In this document: positions 41,891 through 54,674 of the stretch, one piece after another
Layout of the letters: every line of letters begins with the position of its first letter
Position numbering within the stretch: the stretch's first letter is position 1
Source of the DNA: Salpingoeca rosetta
Taxonomy: Eukaryota > Protista > Choanoflagellata
Direction of reading: 5' to 3'
DNA: 64,000 bases
Assembly: GCA_033442325.1 (NCBI GenBank)
Contig: JAWQFM010000031.1
Coordinates: 257,745 to 321,744 of the forward strand
Notes under the pieces: generated by a model
The model's input: only the letters and a program-made list of their open reading frames with translations
Database searches by the model: none
What the model was told of the DNA's origin: nothing
Translations under genes and position numbers: made by a program

Positions 41891-41944
<54 letters not shown>

Positions 41945-44900
41945 ACATCCTCACCAAGCACCAACTATTTGTCCCATCCAACCAAAACATCACGCCGAAG
42001 GTTGATGAAGACTGTGACCTCGGCCACTTGTGCAAGCGGAGGTATTGTAAGCGTCGGCACCCACCACCGGTAAGTGTGGTCTTTCTCCTTCAGAAGCGTG
42101 AACAAAACGATGCTTGAGCGAGAAACTGACATCCTCCCACACGCACGCATACACACACGCTCATGCACACGTACGCTCACACGCGCACGCACGCACACGC
42201 GCATGCACACACACACACACACACACGCACGCAGATCTGCAAGCTCAGGCACATGTGCGAAAAGCGGGGTTGTTTTTTCTTGCATCCGATGGTCGACCTT
42301 CGGGACAGACCCAAGTGCTGGTTCTTGCAACAGGCTGGCGCACCATTATTGCAAGCAATCATTACGAACTTGACCGGAAACAACAGTATCACTACAGTTG
42401 CTGATGCACGCAGGCAGCAAGTTCATATTCGCGGCGGTACGGCGGAAGAGCGCGTCAAGGCTGCTGACTTGTGCAAAACAGTTTTCAACCTCGTATCATG
42501 CGTAAGATTTCCATTCCCTGGCCGCTCAAAGGAGGACCTCAAACGCAATCAGGCACCACTCCAGCTCGCAAAGCAGAATGACATCGCACTCTTCTACAGT
42601 GATGAGGAGGTCGTCATGGTGTACTGGGATGCAGTGCGGCGCCCACCTGAGGAGGTGCTGGCTGAAGTGAAGGAGCTGCTCATCGCGTCATCAGCCGAAC
42701 AGCGCGACCGTGAACACGTCCAAATCCGAGATGCACCCAAGAGCTTGTTTTTGCGCGACGCCGGTGCTTCTTGGCTTAGAGTGACCGTTGCAGCCGCTGC
42801 TCCCGACGTGGCTGTGTCCGTTGACCCACGAACTCAGCGTGTATTCATCAACGGAGGTACAGCTGCTGCTCGGAAACGCGCTGCTCAGGCTTGCAAAACA
42901 TTCGTCCGGCAGCTGGTCAAGTCTGAAGATGTGTTGCTGCCTGGCCTCTCCAAGGCCGACATCAAGCGCAATCAAGCTGCCAATGACTGTGCGAAGCAGT
43001 ATGACGTGACGCTGTTCGTCGGTGAGGCCAAGGCAACGCTCGTGTATTGCTCCACAAATCAGCGGTCTCTGGGTGCCCTGCCACGCATCAAGGAACTGCT
43101 GCAAACCCCAACTCAGCACCCGCCTCAGCACCCAGCAATTGTGACCCAAACTGTTACAGTCCCGAACGAACGCGCCCTTATCCCCGTGATTAAGGCTGTG
43201 CGACCCGCTCTCCCTGAGTATGTCTCCACGCAATTTCCCCAGACCAAGCTCAACATTGAGTTTCGGCACAGCGACCTCCCAGTTATGACGTTGAGCGGGC
43301 CCAGCACGCAAGTGGGCAGAGCTGCGGCAGCAATCACGGCGTTTTTAAAGGGTGTGGTCGTTCACAAGACGAGCGCCCCACACCCAGGTCCCACGGCGCA
43401 AGCTGCTCTGGAGAGGTTGCTGAAGGCAAAAGTCTCTCAGCTCAACACCAGATTCAAGCAAGGCAATCACAAGTCTGTGCAGCACAAGGGGTCGCCAGGC
43501 AAGAGCAAGAAGTCGCCACGTGTCTTGATTGCGTTCAACGTCGCTGAAACGAGAGTCATGCATTCGCTTCTGCGCGTGCACTTGACGGGCCCAACCGAAG
43601 CAAGCAAGGACCTCGAGCGGCTTTCCAAGACCGTGCAAGACTTTATTCATGACTTCACCTCCCAAACGATCTCAGCACCCAGCAAAGAACTGTATAACGC
43701 GCTCAAACCCGTCTTTCTCAAGCACAGCGTGGCCGCGCAATGGGTCGGCGACGACTGCAGCATTGTGCTGTCAGGAGCCAAGCAAAGCGTGAATACGGCC
43801 AGGCAACTCCTTCAACGTGACAATGGCAGCACTGGAACGCCTGGCGGACAGGCAAGTTGTGCTACGTCCCTTCCACCCACTCTTGGCAGCGGCGTATCTT
43901 CAAGCCCAACAACACGCAAACTCCTTGCGTCTACTAGCATCGTTGCCAGTGCTCTTCTGCTTCCCAAGAATGTTGGCCGCCTGAAGAGTTTGCTCGAGGA
44001 TGCGATTGGGGCCAATGCTGGAGTGCGGGCGGAGCCGTGCTTGCAGAATCAAGAGCCTTCGCGCGAGGTGGCCAGGCTGGTTGGCACAAAGGATGTGGTG
44101 GTGCCAGCACACAAGATGGCCGAGCAGAAGCTGCTGCAGCTGGAGCAAGACATGCTCACGGAGAACATCGAGCTCGACACGGCCGAGCTTGGCGTGTTCA
44201 AACGCCAGGAGGGGCGTGGCCTGATGAGGAGCGCACGTGACATGGGCGTCGTTGTGCTGAGCCCACGTGCCGCGCACAAGATGCTCGAGGCAGATATTCA
44301 CCAAGCATTATCACAGTGCACGGCAAAGGCAACCCGACCAGTCCACGTGCTGACAGCGAATATCTCCAGCTCTTCAAGGCCGGCTCAAGTTGACGTGGTG
44401 TGCGGGGATTTCAAGGGCATGCGCGTTGATGTCATTGTCAACGCCGCAAACGAGGATCTGATGCATGGTGGTGGCATTGCTTTGGCCATCGCCGAGGCCG
44501 CGGGTCTCCAGTTCTCGGACGAGTGCCAGAAGTCTGTGGCCGCGCACGGCCGCGTGCGTGCAGGCACAGCACGCCACACCTCGTCGGGTGACTTGGCCAA
44601 GTCGACGCAGATCAAGCACGTGCTGCACGCCGTGGCGCCAATTTACAGTGGTGACGGCGGCAGTGGTGGTGGCAAATCATTCTTGACGTCTGCCCTGGCT
44701 TCGCTGCCCAAGCTCGGGTTTGGCGGAGATACTCAGGCGCAACTGAGTGCGTCGCTGCGCGCGTGTGTGCAAGAGGCGATCCGGCTTGCTGGGCGCCTCC
44801 CTGATGTGAGCTCCATTGGCATCCCAGCGATTGGGTCTGGCGTGTTTGGATGGCCAGAAGCAGAGGCAACGCGGGAGATTGTCAAGGCGGTGGTGGCGTC

Positions 44901-46961
44901 GGTGAACAGCGGCAGCCTGGGCAACATCAAGCGCGTTGTGCTGTTTGACGCAATGCAAGCCAAGGCAAGCGCGTTTGCAGCGGCTGTGGGAACCTCTATG
45001 GCGCTTTGCGGACGCCGCGATGCGCAGATCAAGCACGTGCTGCACGCCGTGGCGCAATTTACAGTGGTGACGGCGGCAGTGGTGGTGGCAAATCATTCTT
45101 GACGTCTGCCCTGGCTTCGCTGCCCAAGCTCGGGTTTGGCGGAGATACTCAGGCGCAACTGAGTGCGTCGCTGCGCGCGTGTGTGCAAGAGGCGATCCGG
45201 CTTGCTGGGCGCCTCCCTGATGTGAGCTCCATTGGCATCCCAGCGATTGGGTCTGGCGTGTTTGGATGGCCAGAAGCAGAGGCAACGCGGGAGATTGTCA
45301 AGGCGGTGGTGGCGTCGGTGAACAGCGGCAGCCTGGGCAACATCAAGCGCGTTGTGCTGTTTGACGCAATGCAAGCCAAGGCAAGCGCGTTTGCAGCGGC
45401 TGTGAAGGCGCTTGCTGAGCGCGACGGTGCTGGCAGCAAGAGCAGCAGCAGCACGACCAGCAGCACGAGCACGACCAGCAGCAGTGCTTCGTACCATGTC
45501 CCACGTGTGCTGGAGAAGCCAGAGTACGTGTGGATGTGGCGGTTCCATGAGCGCGACCGGTGGGTGATGTATGACTGGGACCAGCAGGTGCAGATTGAGC
45601 AGGCACACGGGGCGGGTCGTCAAGATGACTTCCGCATCAGCGGTGACCGTGGCGGCGTTCGCTCTGATTCCAAGCACATTCCTGAGGGGGAGAAGTATCC
45701 CGTGTACTTTGTGAACCTGGCGAAGATGACACAGCGCAACGCCAAGTCCAACTTCGAGCGACGCATCCAACGTGTTCGCTGGACAGAAGGCATGCCGCTT
45801 CCGCCGCTGTTTGAGGAGCGGCGACAGGAGGCGCTTGCGCTCGCACAGGCGCAGCGCCGTGCACATCATTCGTCCTGGTTCTCCTTTGCCTCGACCACTT
45901 CATCGTCAGCGGCGCGACCGATGCCATCGAGTGGTATCAGCAACAGCGGCGGCAGCAACAACAGCGCGCGCATTGTGAATGTGCGCAAGCCAGAAATGGG
46001 AACACCGTACGTCACTGGCAAGGCGCCCAAGCCGTCGTCCATCACATCCACGGCAGCCCTGCCGAAGAAAGGCTTCGTGCTGTGTGGACCCAGGGCAAAG
46101 GTGCAGGCAGTGAAGGACAAGTGGACGAGCGAACTGCACGACATGTGGCAACAGTCGGAAATCAAGTTGTTTGAGAACGACCGCGAGCACAACGAGCGCC
46201 TTCTTGACCACAAGGATGTGCGTGCTGCCATTGCCAAGCACGGTGCCAAGATCCGCGTGAACCCTGCTGGCAACATTGTCCTCGAGTACGTGACTGAGTC
46301 TGCCTTCTATGAGATCAACAGCACGATGGTGAAGCTGGTCGAGGAGATCAAGGTGCCACGCACGTGGACGACGATGAAGGATCCTCGCAGCGTGGAGGTG
46401 GTGCCGGTGCCTGCAGGCACGCAGGAGTATCAGGACGTGGTGGAGATTTTCTTACGAGGCGGCTTCACGAAAACTGTGCTCAAGGTGGAGCGCGTGCAGA
46501 ACAAGTTCTTGTGGGATGCTTATTTCGACAAGCGCAGATGGCTGAATCGCCACAGTGGCGGCGCCAACGAGAAGCACATGTTCCACGGCACCCGTAGTGT
46601 TGAGCCGAACAAAATTGTCAAGGACAGCTTCGACTTTCGCCACGCGCGCGCGGGCATGTTTGGTCGCGGTGCCTATTTCGCCGAGTACATGTCTTACAGC
46701 GACAGCTATGCCTTTCCCGTGCAGCCCCCCACCATGAACCACTTCTCCTCGCGCTATGGCACCGGAGCAGGCGTGCGGCAGGTGTTCATTGCACGTGTGG
46801 CGGCCGGAAAAGTGGAAGAGCGATCGTCAGACAGCTCCATTGTTCGCCCTTCTGATGGGTACGATTCTGTTACAGGCACGGTGTCGGCCAATCACAAGGC
46901 CATCATCATCTACGACTTGCAGCAGGCCTACCCAGAGTACCTGATCACGTACAGCGCCTGA
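41449..46961 (+). CDS. Macro-PARP paralog A: 3 CCCH zinc fingers - KH-like repeats - macrodomain - WWE - PARP catalytic domain (internal duplication/frameshift at ~44989-45404)
   Basis: Exons 41449-41463 (tentative), 41578-41649, 42001-42069, 42235-46961. Macro: GDF..VDVIVNAANEDLMHGGGIA...IPAIGSGVFG. WWE: YVWMW...WVMYD...IEQAH...VNLAKMTQRN..S..RRIQR. PARP: VERVQN..LW..Y, MFHGT, FGRGAYFA, YS..YA, FIARV..G, DSV, AYPEYLITY. Confidence 0.88.
44606..45404 (+). repeat. Tandem direct duplication of ~383 bp (44606-44988 / 45023-45404) with 34-bp spacer inside the PARP-A macrodomain
   Basis: CGCAGATCAAGCACGTG...GCAGCGGCTGTG appears twice. The second copy lacks one C (GCGCAATTT vs GCGCCAATTT). Confidence 0.95.
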
Positions 46962-47311
46962 GGACACGTGTGAGAGGGGGGGGAGGCTTTCTTGGTGTGT
47001 GCGTGTGTGTACTTGGTGTGCGTGTGTGTGAATGCTTGAATGGAAAGGGTTTGATGTTTGCTTTGTTTTGCATGTGGTATCGTGTGACTTCCTACATTTC
47101 TTCATACGCTTGGTGTTTGCGTGGAGTTTTTGCCTTTGTTTTGAAAGCCTCGTGTTCCATTCGCTCCTTGTTTGTTTGGTGCTTGTGTGTGTGTGTGTGT
47201 GTGTGCGTGTCTTCTCATCTCGTTTTGCGTTTCGTTTCTCTTCTTGCTTGCATTGACATGGCCTGTCATCTGCGCCTGTCCTCCTTGTTGTTCTGTGGCT
47301 TGTGCCTGTTT

Positions 47312-47395
<84 letters not shown>

Positions 47396-47694
47396 TGCTG
47401 TGGGCGCGCGTCATTTGTCGTTGTTTACCTACCCAATACAACTGCCGTTGAATGTAATTTGAAGTGACTTGGCTTGTGTGGTGCTGCAAATGGAGCCCCA
47501 ACCGTGTGGGTATGCTGTGTGACGGTAATAGCGTACGTGACTTGTGTGTGTCTGTGAGTTTGTGTGTCTGTGTGTGCCTCTTTTTGTGTGTGTGATGTGT
47601 GTCTCTGTGTGTCCGTCTGTCCGTCCGTCCGTCTGTCTGTCTGTCTCACTCACTCACTCACTCACTCACTCACACACACACACACTCTCTCTCA

Positions 47695-47809
<115 letters not shown>

Positions 47810-48147
47810 CATTTCACCCCAGCGCAGGCAGGCGTTCAAATTGTTCCCGGCACAATGTTCGTATCCACCACAATCTACGACCAGCGCTGAGTCATCATTT
47901 CGTTGGTTGTGTCACTGATTTGCTTTGCTGGCTTTGCTTCTTGTTGTTTTGCGCCTCACCCACCCACAAACAACCACAAGCCTCACTTTCTCCTTGTCTG
48001 TGTTTTCTTGGTCCTGTTGTTCGCGTCGCACTGCACAACAAGCACAACAAGCACAACAAGCACAACAAGCACAACACCTGCACGCTCTGCCCACACTGCG
48101 ATCAATCGCGTGTCCTTTCCCTTCTTCTCCCTTCGAGGACTGGAAGC

Positions 48148-49097
48148 ATGCCTCCCCACCGAAAGGTAGGCAGATGCACATATGGTCCTCTGACTCTGGT
48201 TAGGATGCACGGCATCGTTTTGGTTTCGTGCCTCTCTTGAGCTGGCTTGTGGGGTGTCCGGACAACAGTTGTGTGTGTGTGTGTTGTCACATCAGGACAT
48301 CAGGACATCAGGACATCAGGACACATTGGACGTGCTACTGCTCATGCAGCCTTCTGACACGATGTTTGCTTTTTCTCTTCGTGTCTACGTGTCTGCGTGT
48401 CTGCGTGCAGGGTCAGCGTTGCCCACACGGCTCCAAGGCGGTCTGTCGGACAAGCGCGTGCTACTATGTCCACACAGATGAGGCAAGTCCCATCATGTGT
48501 GTATGCGTGTATGTGTGTGTGTGTGTTGCGTTGTGCAACAGGATGCGTGCGCAGAATGCGCATGGACTCTCCCGCATGTTTGTGAACGGCTCACCTGCCT
48601 GTCCCACTCATCTATTCATGCAATGCCGACATTCTGGTTCACAGAAGAACGTGGAGTGTGATTTTGGTTCAGGCTGCACGAATGCGTCCTGCCCCCGAGT
48701 GCACCCTGCGCCGGTGAGTGTTTCGTAGTGGCTTCCACACGATGGTGCATCTGTGTACGCCTTGGCTTGTCGCCAACAAAACATACCACCCTCTCTGCTT
48801 TGAGCCACACACAAGGACATACTCGGCTGTGAGGTTTTGGTGTGTCCTTGAGCGTTTTCATGTGTCGGCCGTTGTCACCGCCGCTTTGTTCTCATTTGCT
48901 TCTGACACCCGATGTGACACAGCTTAAGTTCCAGTGCCAGCGTGGACGGCACTGCTCGAGCTCCACCTGCGATCGCATCCACCCTGCGGCGAAAAAGGTT
49001 TGTTTACCTCTGCTCCCTGGCAGCGCCTGCGCACGAAACAAGACAGGCAGGGTTGTGCTCTGTGTGTGTGTGTGTGTGCGTGCGCGCGCGCGCACGC

Positions 49098-49161
<64 letters not shown>

Positions 49162-49891
49162 ATGTGAAGTGTTGAGCGTGCCAACACGTGCGTGAAACGC
49201 AGGTACGAAGCGTTCTTCTCACGCAGCCTCAAACCGCACCGACATCCACCCTTACCAGTCTCAAACGCTGTGCATCCATGACGAGAAATGCACCAACGCC
49301 TCCTGCCAGCGGCAGCATCCCAAGCGGGTACGCATGCGTGTATGTGTGTATGTGTGTGTGTGTGCATGTGCATGCGTGTATGTGTGTGCAGGCGTGCTTG
49401 TGCATGCGTGTGTGTGTGCGTGTGCGTTCGTTACCTTTGCGCCTTCGTGCATACGTGCTTGCCTGCTCCTGTGTAAACGTTGCGCAACCTGCTTCTTCAT
49501 TCTCAATTGTCTCTTGGTCACGCATGACACATGCGACGGTCTTGCTGTGACAACTTTCAGGATGCCATGCGCGCACAGCAACGGCCTCAGTCCATGTTTC
49601 CCCAGACCTCCACGTTTCCCAAAAGCCCGACCACACTTCCCAAGAGCCCCTCCATGTTTGGCAAAAGTCCTTCCAAGAGTCCCAGTTTTGGTCAGCATGC
49701 AACTCAGCCCTCTTTCTCTGTGCAGAATCAGCAGCAGCAACAGCACATGCTGCAGCCGCAGGTTCGTTTGCCTTTGCTTCCACGCACCAATAGCACGTTA
49801 TCTTAAGCTCTACGTCGCGAGAGAGAGTGTGTGTGTTCGTTCGTGGGTCTATTTCTGTGTGTGTGTGAGTTTGGGAGGAGCGCCCTCATGC

Positions 49892-49944
<53 letters not shown>

Positions 49945-50223
49945 GCACAAGGCGGCGCTCACGATTGTTCTGCGTGCCATGCTTGACAGAGCACCCCAGT
50001 GTGCTTCCAAGACCCCAACTGCACCAAGAAATTCTGTCCACGGCTTCATCCTCAGCGGGTATGTATGTGTGTGTGTGTGATATGGCTGGGGTGTGCGTTT
50101 GTACTGTGTATGTGTTGTTCGTGTGTGTGTGTGTGTGCGTGTGTGTGTGTGTGTGTGTGCCTGTATCCCTCTCTCTCACGCACCATGGGAATCCCAACAC
50201 ATCACCTCTCACCCCTCACCCAC

Positions 50224-50260
<37 letters not shown>

Positions 50261-53200
50261 TGTTGTTGCATTCACTTTCATAGGATGCCATGCGCGCACA
50301 GCCACAGCCTCAGCCCATGTTTCCCAAGAGCCCCTCCATGTTTGGCAAAAGTCCTTCCAAGAGCCCCAGTTTTGGTCAGCATGCAACTCAGCCCCCTTTC
50401 CCTGCGCAGCCGCCCAGGTTCTTCGGGGCACCTAGTGCCCCGACGCCTGACGGTGGTGTCACGAACGTCCCCACGCCCATACCTGGGAAGATGTACTATG
50501 TCAACACCTTTGGCAACGCCAAGCTGAGGGAAATTGCCGACGCCGTCAGCCAGGACATGTCCTGGACCATCGACAGGAAAAACCGGGCAATTGTGATCAC
50601 GGGCGCAACAATGGCTGAGCGCGAAGTGGTGAAGAACCAGTTCAAAAGCTTTCTCAAGCACAACCTCACTTGCGACCGCGTGGAAGTTGAGGGGTGCACG
50701 TTCGCTGAGCTCAAGGAAAACACGCAGGCACTCAACCTGGCCAAGCGCAGCAACATCATCATCTCCTACCATGATGGCGCCGTCGATCTCACGTACCAGG
50801 GCGACGATGGCGACGCTGTTGCCGTGCTGCCTCGGCTTGAGGCCGTGCTGCGTGCACAGGCCGTGACCACGCAGGTCGTGCCGCTGCCAAACAACGAGCG
50901 CGCCCTCATCTCTGTTGTTCGCGCCGCCACAACCGCGCTGGCCGACATGATTGCCAACCAGTTTCCCAACACCAAGTTCACTGTCGAGTTTCCTGGCCCG
51001 GTGATGACGGTGAGAGGCCCGGCGTCCAGCGTGCAAAGGGCGGCCAAACGCATCACAGCATACCTGCAGGACATCAAGGTGCTCAAGCGGAAGGCGAAGA
51101 AACCATCACGGCAGCTGGCACATGCGCTGTGTCATTTCCTGCGCCGTGCGGTTCGACAGATCAACGCAGACGCCACTGGCAACATGGACGGCGACACTGA
51201 GGCCCACGGCGAGGACGACGACGCCAGCGACGACAACGACGACGACCTTGGCGTCGGGCCTCCAAAGCCCACCAAGCCCAAGAAGCACGCGGCTGCGTCC
51301 GAGTCAGATGTGGAGTTCCCCTACATCCTCTTCAAGGTGTTCTCCAGCTTCTTCACCCACCCAACAGGCAAAGGCAAGGCAAGGGGCAAGGGCAAAGGGC
51401 CCGCGGGCGGCTCGAACAAGAACAGCGGCGGTGACAACGCTGACTTTGTCCGCGTCCAGCTGACAGGCCCTTCTGATGCGCGGAAGGACCTCGAGCGCCT
51501 GGCCCAGCGCGTCGACGCATTCATACAAACGTTTGTCAGCGCGTCTGTGCGCGTCAAGAAGGAGACGTTCAACACGATGAGGGCGTCGCTGCTCGAGCTC
51601 GACGTGAATGAGCACTATCGCGCGCACGACAAGACGCTTCTCCTGTCTGGGGCAGAGGCAGCGGTGGAGGAGGCAAAGAAGCGGCTGGACCAAGCTGAGC
51701 AGCGGCTTCGACCGCTCACGTACAAGCTGCATGCTTCGTCCAGCATCATGAGGATGGCCCTCCTCCTGCGGTGCAACTCCACAGCCCTCACACAGCTTCG
51801 CGATCAAGTGGCGCGTGCCTTTCCTGACGTGAACATCAGCATCCACAGTGGCGCGCAGGACGCCAAGAACCCTGGGTCGCGCGAGGTGGCCCGGTTGGTT
51901 GGCACAAAGGATGTGGTGGTGCCAGCACACAAGATGGCCGAGCAGAAGCTGCAGCAGCTGGAGCAAGACATGCTCACGGAGAACATCGAGCTCGACACGG
52001 CCGAGCTTGGCGTGTTCCAACGCCAGGAGGGGCGTGGCCTGATGAGGAACGCACGTGACATGGGCGTGGTCGTGCTGAGCCCACGTGACGCGCACAAGAT
52101 GCTTGAGGCAGACAGCAAGCAGGCTTCCAAGCACGCCGCCGCCTCAACTCCATCGACACCTGCCAAGGTCTCAACCCCTGCTGCAACCCCAGTTCTTATG
52201 GCCCACGTTGCTGGTGGGACCGACACTGCTATCGGGCTCAAAGTCCTGTGCGGGGATTTCAAGGGCATGCACGTTGATGCCATTGTCAACGCTGCAAACG
52301 AGGATCTGATGCATTGCGGTGGCATTGCTTTCGCCATCGCCAAGGCCGCGGGTCTCCAGTTCTCGGACGAGTGCCAGAAGTCTGTGGCCGCGCACGGCCG
52401 CGTGCGTGCAGGCACAGCACGCCACACCTCGTCGGGTGACTTGGCCAAGTCGACGCAGATCAAGCACGTGCTGCACGCCGTGGCGCCAATTTACAGTGGT
52501 GACGGCGGCAGTGGTGGTGGCAAATCAATGTTGTCGTCTTTCCTGGCTTCGCTGCCCAAGCTCGGGTTTGGCGGAGATACTCAGGCGCAACTGAGTGCGT
52601 CGCTGCGCGCGTGTGTGCAAGAGGCGATCCGGCTTGCTGGGCGCCTCCCTGATGTGAGCTCCATTGGCATCCCAGCGATTGGGTCTGGCGTGTTTGGATG
52701 GCCAGAAGCAGAGGCAACGCGGGAGATTGTCAAGGCGGTGGTGGCGTCGGTGAACAGCGGCAGCCTGGGCAACATCAAGCGCGTTGTGCTGTTTGACGCA
52801 ATGCAAGCCAAGGCAAGCGCGTTTGCAGCGGCTGTGAAGGCGCTTGCTGAGCGCGACGGTGCTGGCGGCAAGAGCAGCAGCAGCACGACCAGCAGCACGA
52901 GCACGACCAGCAGCAGTGCTTCGTACCATGTCCCACGTGTGCTGGAGAAGCCAGAGTACGTGTGGATGTGGCGGTTCCATGAGCGCGACCAGTGGGTGAT
53001 GTACGACTGGGACCAGCAGGTGCAGATTGAGCAGGCACACGGGGCGGGTCGTCAAGATGACTTCCGCATCAGCGGTGACCGTGGCGGCGTTCGCTCTGAT
53101 TCCAAGCACATTCCTGAGGGGGAGAAGTATCCCGTGTACTTTGTGAACCTTGGCAAGATGACGCAGCGCAACGCCAAGTCCAACTTTGAGCGACGAATCC

Positions 53201-54351
53201 AACGCGTTCGCTGGACAGAAGCCATGCCGCTTCCGCCGCTGTTTGAGGATCGGCGACAGGAGGCATTGGCGCTCGCACAGGCGCAGCAGCGTGCACAGCG
53301 CTCGCAGTCTTCATCATCGACGCACATGTCATCAGCCAAGGGCCAATCTGCATCGAGCAGCAGCAGCAGCAGCAGCAGCGCGCGCATTGTGAATGTGCGC
53401 GAACCCAAGGCTGTGAAGGAGGCGGAGACTGGCGGGAGCGTGCCCAAGCCGTCATCCATCACATCCACGGCAGCCCTGCCGAAGAAAGGCTTCGTGCTGT
53501 GTGGACCCAGGGCAAAGGTGCAGGCAGTGAAGGACAAGTGGACGAGCGAACTGCACGACATGTGGCAACAGTCGGAAATCAAGTTGTTTGAGAACGACCG
53601 CGAGCACAACGAGCGCCTTCTTGACCACAAGGATGTGCGTGCTGCCATTGCCAAGCACGGTGCCAAGATCCGCGTGAACCCTGCTGGCAACATTGTCCTC
53701 GAGTACGTGACTGAGTCTGCCTTCCATGAGATCAACAGCACGATGGTGAAGCTGGTCGAGGAGATCAAGGTGCCACGCACGTGGACGACGATGAAGGATC
53801 CTCGCAGCGTGGAGGTGGTACCGGTGCCTGCAGGCACGCAGGAGTATCAGGACGTGGTGGAGATCTTCTCACGAGGCGGCTTCACGAAAACTGTGCTCAA
53901 GGTGGAGCGCGTGCAGAACAAGTACTTGTGGGACTGCTACTTTCACAAGCGTGACGTGCTGAATCGTCACAGCATTGGCGCGAACGAAAAGCACATGTTC
54001 CACGGTACTGGCGCCGTTGATCCCGCCATCATCGCCGACACCAACTTTGACTTCCGCTATGCATCTGCCGGTTTGTTTGGCCGCGGTGCCTATTTCGCCG
54101 AGCTCATGGAATACAGCGACCGTGGCTACGCCTACGTGTGCCCTGACGACCCGACGAAACGACAGGTGTTCATTGCACGCGTGGCGGCTGGGAAGGTTGA
54201 GGAGCGCGGAAGCAACTGCGACCAGTCCATCAAGCACCAGTCTCCAGGGTTCGATTCTGTTGGGGGCATGGTCACGGCCACTCACAAGGCCATCATCATC
54301 TACGACTTGCAGCAGGCCTACCCAGAGTACCTGATCACGTACAGCGCCTGA
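48148..54351 (+). CDS. Macro-PARP paralog B: 5 CCCH zinc fingers - KSP-rich segments - KH-like repeats - macrodomain - WWE - PARP catalytic domain
   Basis: Phase-0 exons 48148-48165, 48411-48482, 48645-48713, 48923-48997, 49259-49327, 49561-49761, 49990-50058, then one 4-kb exon 50284-54351 (the 1353-aa ORF). Same macro/WWE/PARP motifs as paralog A, with an intact frame. Confidence 0.9.
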
Positions 54352-54674
54352 GGACACGTGTGAGAGGGGGGGGGAGGCTTTCTTGGTGTGTGTGTGTGTG
54401 TGTGTGTGTTATACATTGTGCCTACGCTATGATCAGTGTGCTTTTTGTGGATCCAACTTGAACTGTTTCCTTGTATTTTGCGTGCGTGCGCGCGTGTGTG
54501 TGGTCGAGGGTCATGTTCCTACGCTGAAGAACTCGCTTGTCATGAATGTGTGTGTGTGTGTATGTATGCGGTGTGCGAGTTGAAATAAAGATCGAAAGTC
54601 CCACAGCATGCAAGCTAGCCTCGACGGGCTGATTGGAGGAGGTTGTGTGTGAGAAGAGTCCCCTCGGGTGCACG

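Noticed and set aside
48032-48325. (CACAACAAG)4 and (CATCAGGA)n short tandem repeats near the PARP-B start
   Set aside because: Simple slippage repeats with no evidence of function.
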